From an uncultured Gammaproteobacteria bacterium (GTDB lineage: Bacteria; Patescibacteriota; Patescibacteriia; Magasanikbacterales; GWA2-37-8): a stretch of 64,000 nucleotides of DNA. This document shows positions 10,001 to 19,104 of the stretch, one piece after another. Location of the stretch: assembly GCA_964634875.1 (NCBI GenBank), contig CAZWKA010000002.1, forward strand, positions 79,590-143,589, given 5' to 3'. A model generated the notes under the pieces. It saw nothing but the letters and a program-made list of their open reading frames with translations. It did not search any database and had not been told where the DNA came from. The position numbers were made by a program, and so were the translations under genes. Within the stretch, counting starts at the first letter, position 1. Every line of letters begins with the position of its first letter.

Positions 10001-12256
10001 CTACTCGTCTTTTACAAAGACCTCTTCTCCTTGCTTTAGCGCATCAACGATCATCTGCGAAATTTCCGGACGCATAAACCATTCCGGAGGCAACTCACCT
10101 TTTTCAAGCATCTTGCGCGCTTCTGTTCCACTGATCTGCATCTTCTCTTCTTCAGAGTGCTCCTTGTCCCCCGCCTCATGGACGTGAGACTGTAATTTTT
10201 TGGAGTAAAAAATCTGGTTAAATCGGACCGGGACGATTCCTAAGTCAGGGAATTGGTCAAAAATCTCATGCGAAGCAGTTGGAGCATAGAAGGCACCAAC
10301 ACCCGTGTGGTCGCGGCCAATGATAAAATGGCTGCACCCAAAATTCTTACGACAAAGCGCCGTAAAAATAGCTTCCTTGGGTCCAGCATAGCGCGAGAAG
10401 GTGCTATACGCCGCAAAAACAGCTTTATTCTTCGGATAAAAATACTGAGACATCATTTCGTAAGCGCGGATTATATATGGTGCGTTAAAGTCCCCGGCTT
10501 TTTTCTTACCAATTACCGGATGGACGAATAAACCATCACACGCTTCCTGTTCTAGGGCTTTAAGCTGGATGAATTCATGGCTGCGATGGATGACGTTGCG
10601 GGTATGAAAACCAACCACCCGGCTCCAACCGCGCTCTTCAAACAAGCGGCGAACTTGGGCTGGGGTCAGCTCGTATTCCTGTGTAGGAGTTTTGCGGCGC
10701 TCAATAAGATCAATCTTCCCCGCTACAAATATTGGTTTCATGTTGCGAACTCGCCGAACTCCCGGATGGTCGGCGCTATTTGTCCCATACAGCTTGGTCG
10801 CAAAATTTTCTAAGTCAAAAGCATAGGTTTCGCTTACGCGAAGGAGTGCGCGATCGCTACCATCAACACCTTTCAAAAGCACTGTATCACCAATTGAAAT
10901 ATTTTTTGCTTCTTCTTCGGAAATATCCAGAACAATCGGAATCGGCCAAATTATACCGCTTGACAGGTGCATTGTGTCGAGGACGCTGGTGACATCGGCT
11001 TTGCCCATAAACCCTTCGAGTGGGCTGAAGGTACCAACTCCCAGCTGTTCAACATCCATATCCAGGTTTTCATCAAGCTGAATGGTGGTCATTTTTTCGA
11101 GCTCTTCTGCAACGGGTTTTTCACGTAACTGACGGTTCACGAGTTTTCCACCGTGCGGCAGTACCAACGACGACGACGACGTAAAGTCAGTGAGATACCC
11201 TTCTGGTACGAGCAGTGTTTCTACTTGTTCAAAAAGCTTCAACGATTTAGTATCTACTGTCTCGTCAACGTGACGGATAACCTTGTTCATCACATTTACT
11301 GTCTCCATAGGGAATTTCCCAATAGCCGTTTCAGCCGACAGAGCTAAGCCGCTCGCACCATCGAGTAACGTATTCACAATATCACAAATTTCCGCGCGGG
11401 TTGGTTTGGGTTTTTCCACCATTGTTTCAAGCAGGTTGGTAGCCACATACACGGGCTTACTCAGCTTGCGAGCTCGCTCCATGATAACTTTTTGCGTAAA
11501 AGGTATCCGTTCAATACGGATTTCTTTGCTCAGGTCTCCACGGTCGATGAGGATCGCGTCGCTGGCCGCAATAATCTCGTCTAGATTCTCTAGGGCATCA
11601 GTACATTCAATTTTGGAAATAATTTGCATCCGATTTTCCGAGGCCCGCGCAACCTCCTTGACTGAAGCCGCATTTCTCATAAATGAAGCGGCCACATGTC
11701 CAATCCCCTCTTTAAGACCAAGTGCAATCGATTGATAATCTTTTTCGGTGAGCGGAGGTAATTTAAAAACTTTGTTGGAACCGGAATCGATAACTACGCC
11801 TTTATTACGCCCGATCGAGCCGGCAGTGATTGCGGTAGCAGTAATATATCCTTCGGCACAGGTGGAGGTATCTGACACTTTTAAAACCAGCGTGCCAAAG
11901 TCTATATATACCAAATCCCCCGGACTTAACTGTTCAATGATCGAACCAGGTTTGAGGGTTAACACATCTTTGTTGCCCAGAATTTGGTCCGTAGTTAATT
12001 TAATCAAAGCATTTTCCTCTAAAAAAATTTCTTTCTCACCCAGGTCACCGGTACGGATCTGTGACCCTTCAGTATCGATAATAAAGGGAATACCGACTTT
12101 TTTTGCGAGTGCGATAAAGTAATGCAAGTCTTCCACGGTGGAATGCGACATATTGACGCGGACGAAAGCAACGCCCTTGGCCTTCAAAAAACGGAGGTCT
12201 TCTTCGGTGCGTGTCGCTGGACCAAGTGTGGCGATGATCTGAGTTTTTTGTTGCAT
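10001..12256 (-). CDS. sat: Pyruvate kinase-sulfate adenylyltransferase (ATP sulfurylase) fusion
   Basis: N-terminal PK barrel (IIATLGP, RVNMSH, SKIE, RGDL, PTRAE, SAETAIGKFP) in frame with Sat (PHGGKLVN, FSPLEGFM, TRNVIHRSH, RYAGPKEA, GRDH, ISGTEARK, MRPEI). Confidence 0.92.
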   Translation of the reverse strand: MQQKTQIIATLGPATRTEEDLRFLKAKGVAFVRVNMSHSTVEDLHYFIALAKKVGIPFIIDTEGSQIRTGDLGEKEIFLEENALIKLTTDQILGNKDVLTLKPGSIIEQLSPGDLVYIDFGTLVLKVSDTSTCAEGYITATAITAGSIGRNKGVVIDSGSNKVFKLPPLTEKDYQSIALGLKEGIGHVAASFMRNAASVKEVARASENRMQIISKIECTDALENLDEIIAASDAILIDRGDLSKEIRIERIPFTQKVIMERARKLSKPVYVATNLLETMVEKPKPTRAEICDIVNTLLDGASGLALSAETAIGKFPMETVNVMNKVIRHVDETVDTKSLKLFEQVETLLVPEGYLTDFTSSSSLVLPHGGKLVNRQLREKPVAEELEKMTTIQLDENLDMDVEQLGVGTFSPLEGFMGKADVTSVLDTMHLSSGIIWPIPIVLDISEEEAKNISIGDTVLLKGVDGSDRALLRVSETYAFDLENFATKLYGTNSADHPGVRRVRNMKPIFVAGKIDLIERRKTPTQEYELTPAQVRRLFEERGWSRVVGFHTRNVIHRSHEFIQLKALEQEACDGLFVHPVIGKKKAGDFNAPYIIRAYEMMSQYFYPKNKAVFAAYSTFSRYAGPKEAIFTALCRKNFGCSHFIIGRDHTGVGAFYAPTASHEIFDQFPDLGIVPVRFNQIFYSKKLQSHVHEAGDKEHSEEEKMQISGTEARKMLEKGELPPEWFMRPEISQMIVDALKQGEEVFVKDE

Positions 12257-12266
12257 AAAAAATGAA

Positions 12267-13799
12267 TTAGACTTGAGTCAAACCAACCTTTTTGGCCAGG
12301 AGGTCGACAATCGGGATAAGCTGGGATTTTTTTGCACCCAACACTTGCGAGCCGCCTTCAGTGTCCCAAATTAGACTAAGATCAAGGTCAACACTTTCGG
12401 CATATATCGCCGCGATGAAATTAACTAATTCATCATGATTATACTTAAAATTACGAAGCTGTTCTTTGACTAGGTCGGGCAAAAGATTGATGTCGCTACA
12501 TGTCTTAACCATGGACAGGCGATTATAAAAAACTTTACCAAACACAATGGATGGTTTTTTACACATGGCTGCTTCAAAACCAGCGGTGCCAGTTACAGCA
12601 AGCACCAGCTTGCTTTGAGCAATAATATCGAGGCTATTTTCGACCGAATTAAGCAAGCGGACGTTGGGTAATTTTTTGATTTTGGCGTAAAAATCGCGGG
12701 TGCGCTTACCCATCATCCGCGGATGGTCTTTAACATATAATTTATAGGTAGCAGGTAATGATTGCGAAGCCTGCTCTACAAGCCATGCTTGATCTCGATA
12801 AAAGGGCGCGAGGAGCATGGGCAGTGCTTCTGGTTCGCTGTGAAGTGAAAAATAGGCATACACATCACCAGCAGCAGGCTTATCATAAAAATCACTATAA
12901 CCACGCAGTACCCGGACTTTATTTTTTACCTTATCAATGACATGGTGCCAGGGCTTGATAGTGCTATAATCGCTCGAATGCGGATTCGTGAAATATTCAT
13001 AAAACAAATGGCCGAGCCAATAGACGGAATGAAAAATTTTACCCGGATTTAAAAAGGCAAAATGCTTGCGCCGCATAGCTACCGAATTGGCATACGTATT
13101 GGCCGCTGCAGAGGCAGTGCCGTAGTAAGTTGGCCGTTCTTGGAACGAGGTAAGATATTTAACCGACTGCTCATTAAAAGCCTGGTCGCTCGGCAAAAAC
13201 TGTCCCGATGAAAAACGTTGAAAAGCCGCTTCAAGGTCAGGGAATTCATCGTATTTTTCAGTGATACTGTACTTATTTTCCACTCGCGGACAGAAGAACA
13301 TGGTCGTTTTAATGCCCTTCTTTCTGGCAATATGGAACAAGAGCATACTGCTTAAATTGGAAACGACAGAAAAAAACACAAAATCGGGCTTTTCTTCATC
13401 GAGAAAACGGATAATTGCTTTGGCAGTCACCTGAACAATGCGCAACAAGTCCTCGTGCGAATACTGCGGGGTATCCGATGGAAAACCGCGGAGTAAAAGA
13501 CCGTAGCGTAAAATCCGGTCCATATTGATGTACGGCCAGAGTGTCGGCAAACCATATTCTTTTTCGAGCCAATCAATATAAGCCGTATCGAGTTTTTCAT
13601 TTTTATATTCAGCGTAAATATCCTCTTCTAGAATAAGCTTGGTGTAGGTAAAGTCTGTTTGGTTCTGTAAAAATTCAAAGCTGGAACGTAAATTAACCAG
13701 GCCACAAAAATCAGTAATGCCATAGTGCTCCCTTAAAATAAGCGCCATGGAATGACCGATAAGCGCAAAACGACGTTGCAAGAAAAAACACGCTTTCAT
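12267..13799 (-). CDS. Capsule_synth (KpsS-like) GT-B protein, candidate CMP-nonulosonate transferase
   Basis: YFSLHSEPE, LYVKDHP, TGTAGFEA..KPSIVFG motifs; CMP-synthetase in the same run. Confidence 0.65.
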   Translation of the reverse strand: MKACFFLQRRFALIGHSMALILREHYGITDFCGLVNLRSSFEFLQNQTDFTYTKLILEEDIYAEYKNEKLDTAYIDWLEKEYGLPTLWPYINMDRILRYGLLLRGFPSDTPQYSHEDLLRIVQVTAKAIIRFLDEEKPDFVFFSVVSNLSSMLLFHIARKKGIKTTMFFCPRVENKYSITEKYDEFPDLEAAFQRFSSGQFLPSDQAFNEQSVKYLTSFQERPTYYGTASAAANTYANSVAMRRKHFAFLNPGKIFHSVYWLGHLFYEYFTNPHSSDYSTIKPWHHVIDKVKNKVRVLRGYSDFYDKPAAGDVYAYFSLHSEPEALPMLLAPFYRDQAWLVEQASQSLPATYKLYVKDHPRMMGKRTRDFYAKIKKLPNVRLLNSVENSLDIIAQSKLVLAVTGTAGFEAAMCKKPSIVFGKVFYNRLSMVKTCSDINLLPDLVKEQLRNFKYNHDELVNFIAAIYAESVDLDLSLIWDTEGGSQVLGAKKSQLIPIVDLLAKKVGLTQV

Positions 13800-13802
13800 A
13801 TC

Positions 13803-15839
13803 TTAAGGGTTAAGCTTACCTTTAAAGACAAAATAGTAGACCGACCTACCGTCACCACGGGGATACAGAAGGAGCGATTGGTAACCCAAGCGTTCGAAAA
13901 GCTGCCACAGTGCTGTTCCTTTGTCACCCGCATCGGTTGGATAAAATTCTAAAAGAATGCCTAGATTTGTAGCTGCAGCTAAAATAGCCTCAGCCGCCAA
14001 CAAACTTTCTGCTTCAGCACCACCAATATCAAACTTAAGTAGGCGCGGCGTTTGGCCATGTTCTACCACCCAGCCAGGGATAGTAACGGTCGGCACTTGG
14101 ATCGTGTCTGCCCCTTCCTCAATACGACCTGAAGTTGCTCCAGTGTGTTTGCGAAAACTGACAATCCCGGCCGCTCCCGCCATTGCAGCACCAACCACAC
14201 TTACATTTTTAAGATTGTTAAGCTTAATGTTTTCTTCAATAAGAGCAAGGTTCACTGGCTCTGGTTCGAAAATAACTACCTGGGCCAAAGGGTTGGCAAG
14301 CCCCGCCACCAGGCCATACATGCCGTTATAGCCACCCACGTCAAAAATGACGCCATTACCACTTTCAATTGCTTGTTTTTTCCAGAGCGACAAGAGAACG
14401 CGTTCGTGCTTGCCGGCAGCAACATGCTGGGCAAACAAATGGTGGTACGGATGACTGGAAGACAATTTGCAAACAAGTCCATCTACTATAAATTCGTAGT
14501 ACTGACGGCCCATTGCTCGGGCAAAGTAATAACTGCTTAAAAATGAAGCTTTTTTGCTGTAATGGCGATACGCCCAGCCCCAATTAATACCGGCCAGGAC
14601 CCGTGCTTTTTTAACGACGGAGCTCAGAGCATTTTTTTGAGGCTTCTCCTTTGAAACCAGTGCTTTCATTTTTTCATGGAGCTCGGTTATGCGATGCTGG
14701 TAGTTCATTTCGTCACTATTAATACGCGCGACGACGCCAGCGGATAAACGGCTGCGGAGTTCTGGGTCAGCACCAAGCTGTTCAATCTTTCTGGCTAAAT
14801 CATCCGTATCCCCCTCAGCAAAGTATAAGGCACCTCCTCCAGCGACCCACTCAAGACCCCCGCCACCCGGTAAAATATTGGGCAAACCAAACACCATCGC
14901 CGTTGAAAGCGCCATGGAGGTCATATCCCGTCGCCAGGCGGCCTGGATAAAAATATCAGCTTCCTTTAAGCGTTGGTGTAACTCTTCTTTAGTCATCCAG
15001 CCGGTAAATTGAACATACGGAGCCAAACCGAGATGCTCAACCAGGGCATGGATCGCTTCTTCTTCAGGGCCGCTTCCGCCCAATACTAATTTAAAATCAT
15101 TCTTATTTTTAATTTTTGAAAATGCCGTAACTAACAAATCAAAGCCTTTTCCCGGGGCCATGCGGCTCGAGTAAAACAAGGTCAACGGGCCGCTTTTTTT
15201 GTTACGGAGACGATAGGTATCTTCAGCAACACCAGTAGCCTGCATGAGGCCGTGGTAATCATACGGATCACCAAGCACAACACTCTTACTATCTGTAACC
15301 ATGCCAAAATCCCGATAGCTATCTCGGAGGACGGGATTAGTAAAAGCATGGAGGTCAATAGCATTAGCGACATGCATGAGACCATACTGCTCGATGGCCG
15401 CCCGGGTTTTCTTTTTTAACGCTTTCAGGAAACTATCTTCAGGCACCGCCGACAAAAGTGACGAAACATTTTCAGGCCAGGCAGTTAGTTCACGGTTATA
15501 CAAAGCAACTACCGGAACTTCACCGCACAGCAAACGGTAAAGGCCGGCACCGTACAAAAAAATATGCCCATCAACATGGAAGATATCCGCCTCTTTCGCA
15601 TATTTTTCTAAGAGAGAATATACTTTAGTCTGGATCGAAAGCTGGCGAGCAACATTTAAATTTTCTTCAATGACTTTATACGGTACAGGTTCCAGAAAAC
15701 AATTAAGGTTAGAAAAAGCCGTAACAATCGTAACCGTATTACCAAAACTCTGTAGCGTGCGGGCCAGGATATCTATTTCACCGGTCGAGCCGCCGCCAAG
15801 TTTAAAATTAAGCTTGCTCGTAATAAAAACAATCCTCAT
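13803..15839 (-). CDS. GT4 glycosyltransferase fused to FkbM-family methyltransferase
   Basis: N-terminal GT4 (SRMAPGKG, GSGPEE, ADIFIQ); C-terminal FDVGGYNG, FEPEP, LLKFDIGGAE. Confidence 0.82.
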   Translation of the reverse strand: MRIVFITSKLNFKLGGGSTGEIDILARTLQSFGNTVTIVTAFSNLNCFLEPVPYKVIEENLNVARQLSIQTKVYSLLEKYAKEADIFHVDGHIFLYGAGLYRLLCGEVPVVALYNRELTAWPENVSSLLSAVPEDSFLKALKKKTRAAIEQYGLMHVANAIDLHAFTNPVLRDSYRDFGMVTDSKSVVLGDPYDYHGLMQATGVAEDTYRLRNKKSGPLTLFYSSRMAPGKGFDLLVTAFSKIKNKNDFKLVLGGSGPEEEAIHALVEHLGLAPYVQFTGWMTKEELHQRLKEADIFIQAAWRRDMTSMALSTAMVFGLPNILPGGGGLEWVAGGGALYFAEGDTDDLARKIEQLGADPELRSRLSAGVVARINSDEMNYQHRITELHEKMKALVSKEKPQKNALSSVVKKARVLAGINWGWAYRHYSKKASFLSSYYFARAMGRQYYEFIVDGLVCKLSSSHPYHHLFAQHVAAGKHERVLLSLWKKQAIESGNGVIFDVGGYNGMYGLVAGLANPLAQVVIFEPEPVNLALIEENIKLNNLKNVSVVGAAMAGAAGIVSFRKHTGATSGRIEEGADTIQVPTVTIPGWVVEHGQTPRLLKFDIGGAEAESLLAAEAILAAATNLGILLEFYPTDAGDKGTALWQLFERLGYQSLLLYPRGDGRSVYYFVFKGKLNP

Positions 15840-15910
15840 AACCTGAGCATTATATTATGGAGCGATAGTATCATAAAGAGTAAAAAAAGGCAATGAAGTA
15901 AGCCATTTTA

Positions 15911-15940
15911 TTGACAGCGGCTGGTTTTCCATAGTACCAT
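15911..15940 (+). promoter_or_regulatory. Putative sigma70 promoter of the cupin-DegT pair
   Basis: TTGACA-N18-TACCAT. Confidence 0.5.
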
Positions 15941-15961
15941 AATTTGGCTAGCTATTTTCTT

Positions 15962-16336
15962 ATGGAAAAAATCAAACATATTTTTGAACGCAGAGATGAC
16001 CGGGGAGTATTTAAAGAATACCTCAACGGCCCCGAAGGCTGGAAGTCGATCAACGGGGGTACTATGGCCGCGGGTGCCATCCTCGGCAACCATTACCATA
16101 AGAATTGCCGGGCCGCTTTTTTTGTCCTCGCCGGGAAAGCTCAGATATGGTATAAAAATATCCAGGCCGCAGAGGCGGCCACGGAAGATTTTTGGCTCGA
16201 AGCCGGAGAAGGTTGTATTTTTGAGCCGTACGAAACACATGCAGTCCGTTTTGGCGAGGAAAGTTCTTTCCTTCTGTTAAAAAACGAAATTTTTAACTCT
16301 ACTGACCAGGATATTTATCCAGCCCCGCTTATCTAA
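15962..16336 (+). CDS. Cupin-fold sugar 3,4-ketoisomerase/epimerase-like protein (FdtA/QdtA-like)
   Basis: DDRG, GNHYH and PYETHA cupin motifs; upstream of a DegT aminotransferase. Confidence 0.7.
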   Translation: MEKIKHIFERRDDRGVFKEYLNGPEGWKSINGGTMAAGAILGNHYHKNCRAAFFVLAGKAQIWYKNIQAAEAATEDFWLEAGEGCIFEPYETHAVRFGEESSFLLLKNEIFNSTDQDIYPAPLI

Positions 16337-16357
16337 ACCTATTTTTAACCTAAACGT

Positions 16358-17461
16358 ATGTCGGACAAAAAAATACCGTGGTGGTCTCCGGAAATGGGAC
16401 AGGAAGAACAAAGGTTGGTTAAGGAAGTCCTGGACAGTAATTATGTTAATGAAGGTAAGTTAGCTTTAGAATTTGAACAAAAGATTGCTGATCGGGTTGG
16501 TGCCAAATACGGTATCGTAACCACGAGCTGTACAATTGCTATTTTTTTGGCCTTAAAAGGCCTGGGAGTTGGCAAAGGTGACGAAGTCATCGTCCCTGAC
16601 ATGACGTTCATTGCCACAGCCAATGCCGCTGAGTTAACCGGCGCCACACCAATATTGGTCGACGTCGACCCTGCTACACTTAACATGAGCCCAGAAGCTT
16701 TCCGTGCGGCCATCACCCCACGCACCAAAGCTGTTGTGCCAGTACATGTTACCGGACGAGCTGCTGACCTTAAACGTATTATGGAGATTGCTGCCGAGCA
16801 CAATATCCTGGTGGTTGAAGATGCAGCCGAAGCCCTAATGTCAAAACACGAAGGAAAATACTTAGGTACTTTTGGCAAAGCAGGCTGCTTTTCTTTTTCA
16901 CCGAATAAAACAATCACGACCGGACAAGGCGGTATCGTTGTTACCGATGACCCCGAACTCAATATCCGTATCCGCGAACTCAAGGATCAGGGTCGCCCGC
17001 AACGCGGCAGCGGTGGTAACGACCTCCATAATACCATCGGGTACAACTTTAAATTCAGCAACCTGCATTCGGCAGTTGGTTTAGGGCAACTTACCTACCT
17101 CGACCAACGCATCAAACGCCAACGCCGAATTTACGAGATCTACCGTGATAATCTTAAAGATGTTCCGGAAATAACCCTCTACCCCTGCGACCTGGAAGGC
17201 GGTGCCGTACCACAATGGACGGATATAGCGACTGATCGCCGCGACGAACTTGAAGCTTATCTTCAAACAAAAAATGTTGATACCCGGAAATACTGGTACC
17301 CCTTACATACCCAACTCGCTTACAAAGAAGGTGATGAACGCTTTCCCAACAGCACCAAGACATCTCCCCGATCACTCTGGCTTTCTTCGGCCTACAGCTT
17401 AAGCGATGAAGACGTGCTCATGGTCTGTGGACATATTAAAGATTTCTTCAGAACAACCTAA
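16358..17461 (+). CDS. DegT/DnrJ/EryC1/StrS sugar aminotransferase
   Basis: TFIATANA, VEDAAEA, FSFSPNKTITTGQGG (PLP Lys), GYNFK. Confidence 0.93.
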   Translation: MSDKKIPWWSPEMGQEEQRLVKEVLDSNYVNEGKLALEFEQKIADRVGAKYGIVTTSCTIAIFLALKGLGVGKGDEVIVPDMTFIATANAAELTGATPILVDVDPATLNMSPEAFRAAITPRTKAVVPVHVTGRAADLKRIMEIAAEHNILVVEDAAEALMSKHEGKYLGTFGKAGCFSFSPNKTITTGQGGIVVTDDPELNIRIRELKDQGRPQRGSGGNDLHNTIGYNFKFSNLHSAVGLGQLTYLDQRIKRQRRIYEIYRDNLKDVPEITLYPCDLEGGAVPQWTDIATDRRDELEAYLQTKNVDTRKYWYPLHTQLAYKEGDERFPNSTKTSPRSLWLSSAYSLSDEDVLMVCGHIKDFFRTT

Positions 17462-17583
17462 ACTCGTTAGGCGCGTGAGCTGCGCACCAAAACTGATTGG
17501 CTGCTGACGAAACATGGACCCAGACATTCATAAACCTGGCCAAGCAGCTAATTTTTTGTTAGCCAATTGGCGCCAGAATTTGT

Positions 17584-17612
17584 TTGACAATAAAGTAAAA
17601 ACTCACTATAAT
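17584..17612 (+). promoter_or_regulatory. Perfect-consensus sigma70 promoter of the MBOAT-SGNH pair
   Basis: TTGACA-N17-TATAAT, 25 nt before the ATG. Confidence 0.8.
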
Positions 17613-17637
17613 TTGAGCGTTTGCTTTATAGTTTCGT

Positions 17638-19086
17638 ATGCTCTTCAACTCACTGCCGTTCTTTATCTTTTTTCCCACCGTTACTGCCCTCTACTTTGTT
17701 TTTCCCCACCGCTTCCGTTGGATCGTGCTCTTAACTGCCAGCGCGATTTTTTATATGGCCTTTATACCGGCCTATCTGCTTATTCTTCTTTTTACCATAG
17801 TTATTGATTACATAGCAGGTCTACTCATTGAAAACGCAACAGGTAAAAGAAGGCTTTTATACCTGATTATAAGCCTTGTCTCTAATATCGGCATCCTCAC
17901 TTTTTTTAAATACTTTAATTTTTTTTCAGCCAGCCTCACAAGCATTGCGCACCTTATCCATTGGAATTACAGTTTTCACCTCTTATCAATCATTCTTCCG
18001 GTGGGTCTTTCGTTCCACACCTTTCAAGCCTTAAGTTACACAATCGAGGTTTATCGCGGCCAACAAAAAGCCGAGCGCCATTTGGGAATTTATGCTTTAT
18101 ACGTCATGTTTTTTCCGCAGTTGGTAGCAGGCCCCATTGAACGTCCGCAGAATTTAATCCATCAATTTAAAATTCACCACTCATTTGATTGGCAACGCGT
18201 CGGTTCAGGCTTACGATTGATGCTCTGGGGCTTTTTTAAAAAGATCGTCATTGCTGATAATGCTGCAGCAATTATCAATCGTATTTTTGATTATCCTACC
18301 CAGTTTACCGGGTTGCCACTTATTATTGCAGCCATCTTGTTTACCTTTCAACTCTACTGTGATTTTTCAGGATATTCAGATATCGCAATCGGTTCAGCTC
18401 GAGTTCTCGGCTTTCGACTTATGAAAAATTTTGACCAACCTTTTGGCTCTAGAACATTGCCAGAATTTTGGAGAAAGTGGCATATTTCCCTATCGACCTG
18501 GTTTCGCGACTATCTCTATATTCCACTCGGAGGAAATAGAGTACCACCATTACGTCACTACTTAAATCTCCTCATTATTTTTACTATAAGCGGTTTATGG
18601 CACGGAGCAAATTGGACCTATGTAATCTGGGGCTGCTTGCACGGTTTTTTTATGATATTTTCAACCGCCACAGTGCGCATACGGCAAAAGCTTATACAGC
18701 TTTTCAAGCTCGAACGCTTTCCGCGTTTTCATCACATCTTACAAATGTGCACTACTTTTTCCCTCGTAGTAACTGCTTTTATTTTTTTCCGAGCTAACAC
18801 AACCAGCGATGCGTGGCACATAATTACACACCTCTTTGCAGATTTTAATTTTACATTTTCTAAGCTATTGAACGCACTAGGAACAAGTTCATTTAATTTT
18901 ATCCACCTCCTCACGGCGATAGCGTGTATGGAGATAATTACCTGGGCTGCACGACAAAGTCGTCTTAAAAGCGCTTTTATTAGCACTCCACTCTGGATGA
19001 AGATATCAGGTTATACAACCATAGTATTATGGATCATTTTCTTTGGTTACTTTGGTGAACGGCCTTTTATCTACTTCCAGTTTTAA
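17638..19086 (+). CDS. MBOAT family O-acyltransferase (AlgI/PatA-like)
   Basis: MLFNS, LPVGLSFHTFQ, QLVAGPIER, DFSGYSDIAIG, FWRKWHISLS, SGLWHGA, FIYFQF. Confidence 0.93.
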   Translation: MLFNSLPFFIFFPTVTALYFVFPHRFRWIVLLTASAIFYMAFIPAYLLILLFTIVIDYIAGLLIENATGKRRLLYLIISLVSNIGILTFFKYFNFFSASLTSIAHLIHWNYSFHLLSIILPVGLSFHTFQALSYTIEVYRGQQKAERHLGIYALYVMFFPQLVAGPIERPQNLIHQFKIHHSFDWQRVGSGLRLMLWGFFKKIVIADNAAAIINRIFDYPTQFTGLPLIIAAILFTFQLYCDFSGYSDIAIGSARVLGFRLMKNFDQPFGSRTLPEFWRKWHISLSTWFRDYLYIPLGGNRVPPLRHYLNLLIIFTISGLWHGANWTYVIWGCLHGFFMIFSTATVRIRQKLIQLFKLERFPRFHHILQMCTTFSLVVTAFIFFRANTTSDAWHIITHLFADFNFTFSKLLNALGTSSFNFIHLLTAIACMEIITWAARQSRLKSAFISTPLWMKISGYTTIVLWIIFFGYFGERPFIYFQF

Positions 19087-19104
19087 ACTATTCTACGCTT
19101 TGGT

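Noticed and set aside
8090-12256. Assimilatory or dissimilatory sulfate reduction
   Set aside because: No cysH, apr, cysIJ or dsr in the window; a sulfotransferase and cysQ are adjacent instead
17500-17550. Hammerhead ribozyme suggested by CTGACGA
   Set aside because: No stem II followed by GAAA in the required arrangement
17514-17807. 97-aa plus-strand ORF
   Set aside because: Overlaps the consensus promoter and the MBOAT start in another frame; no motif
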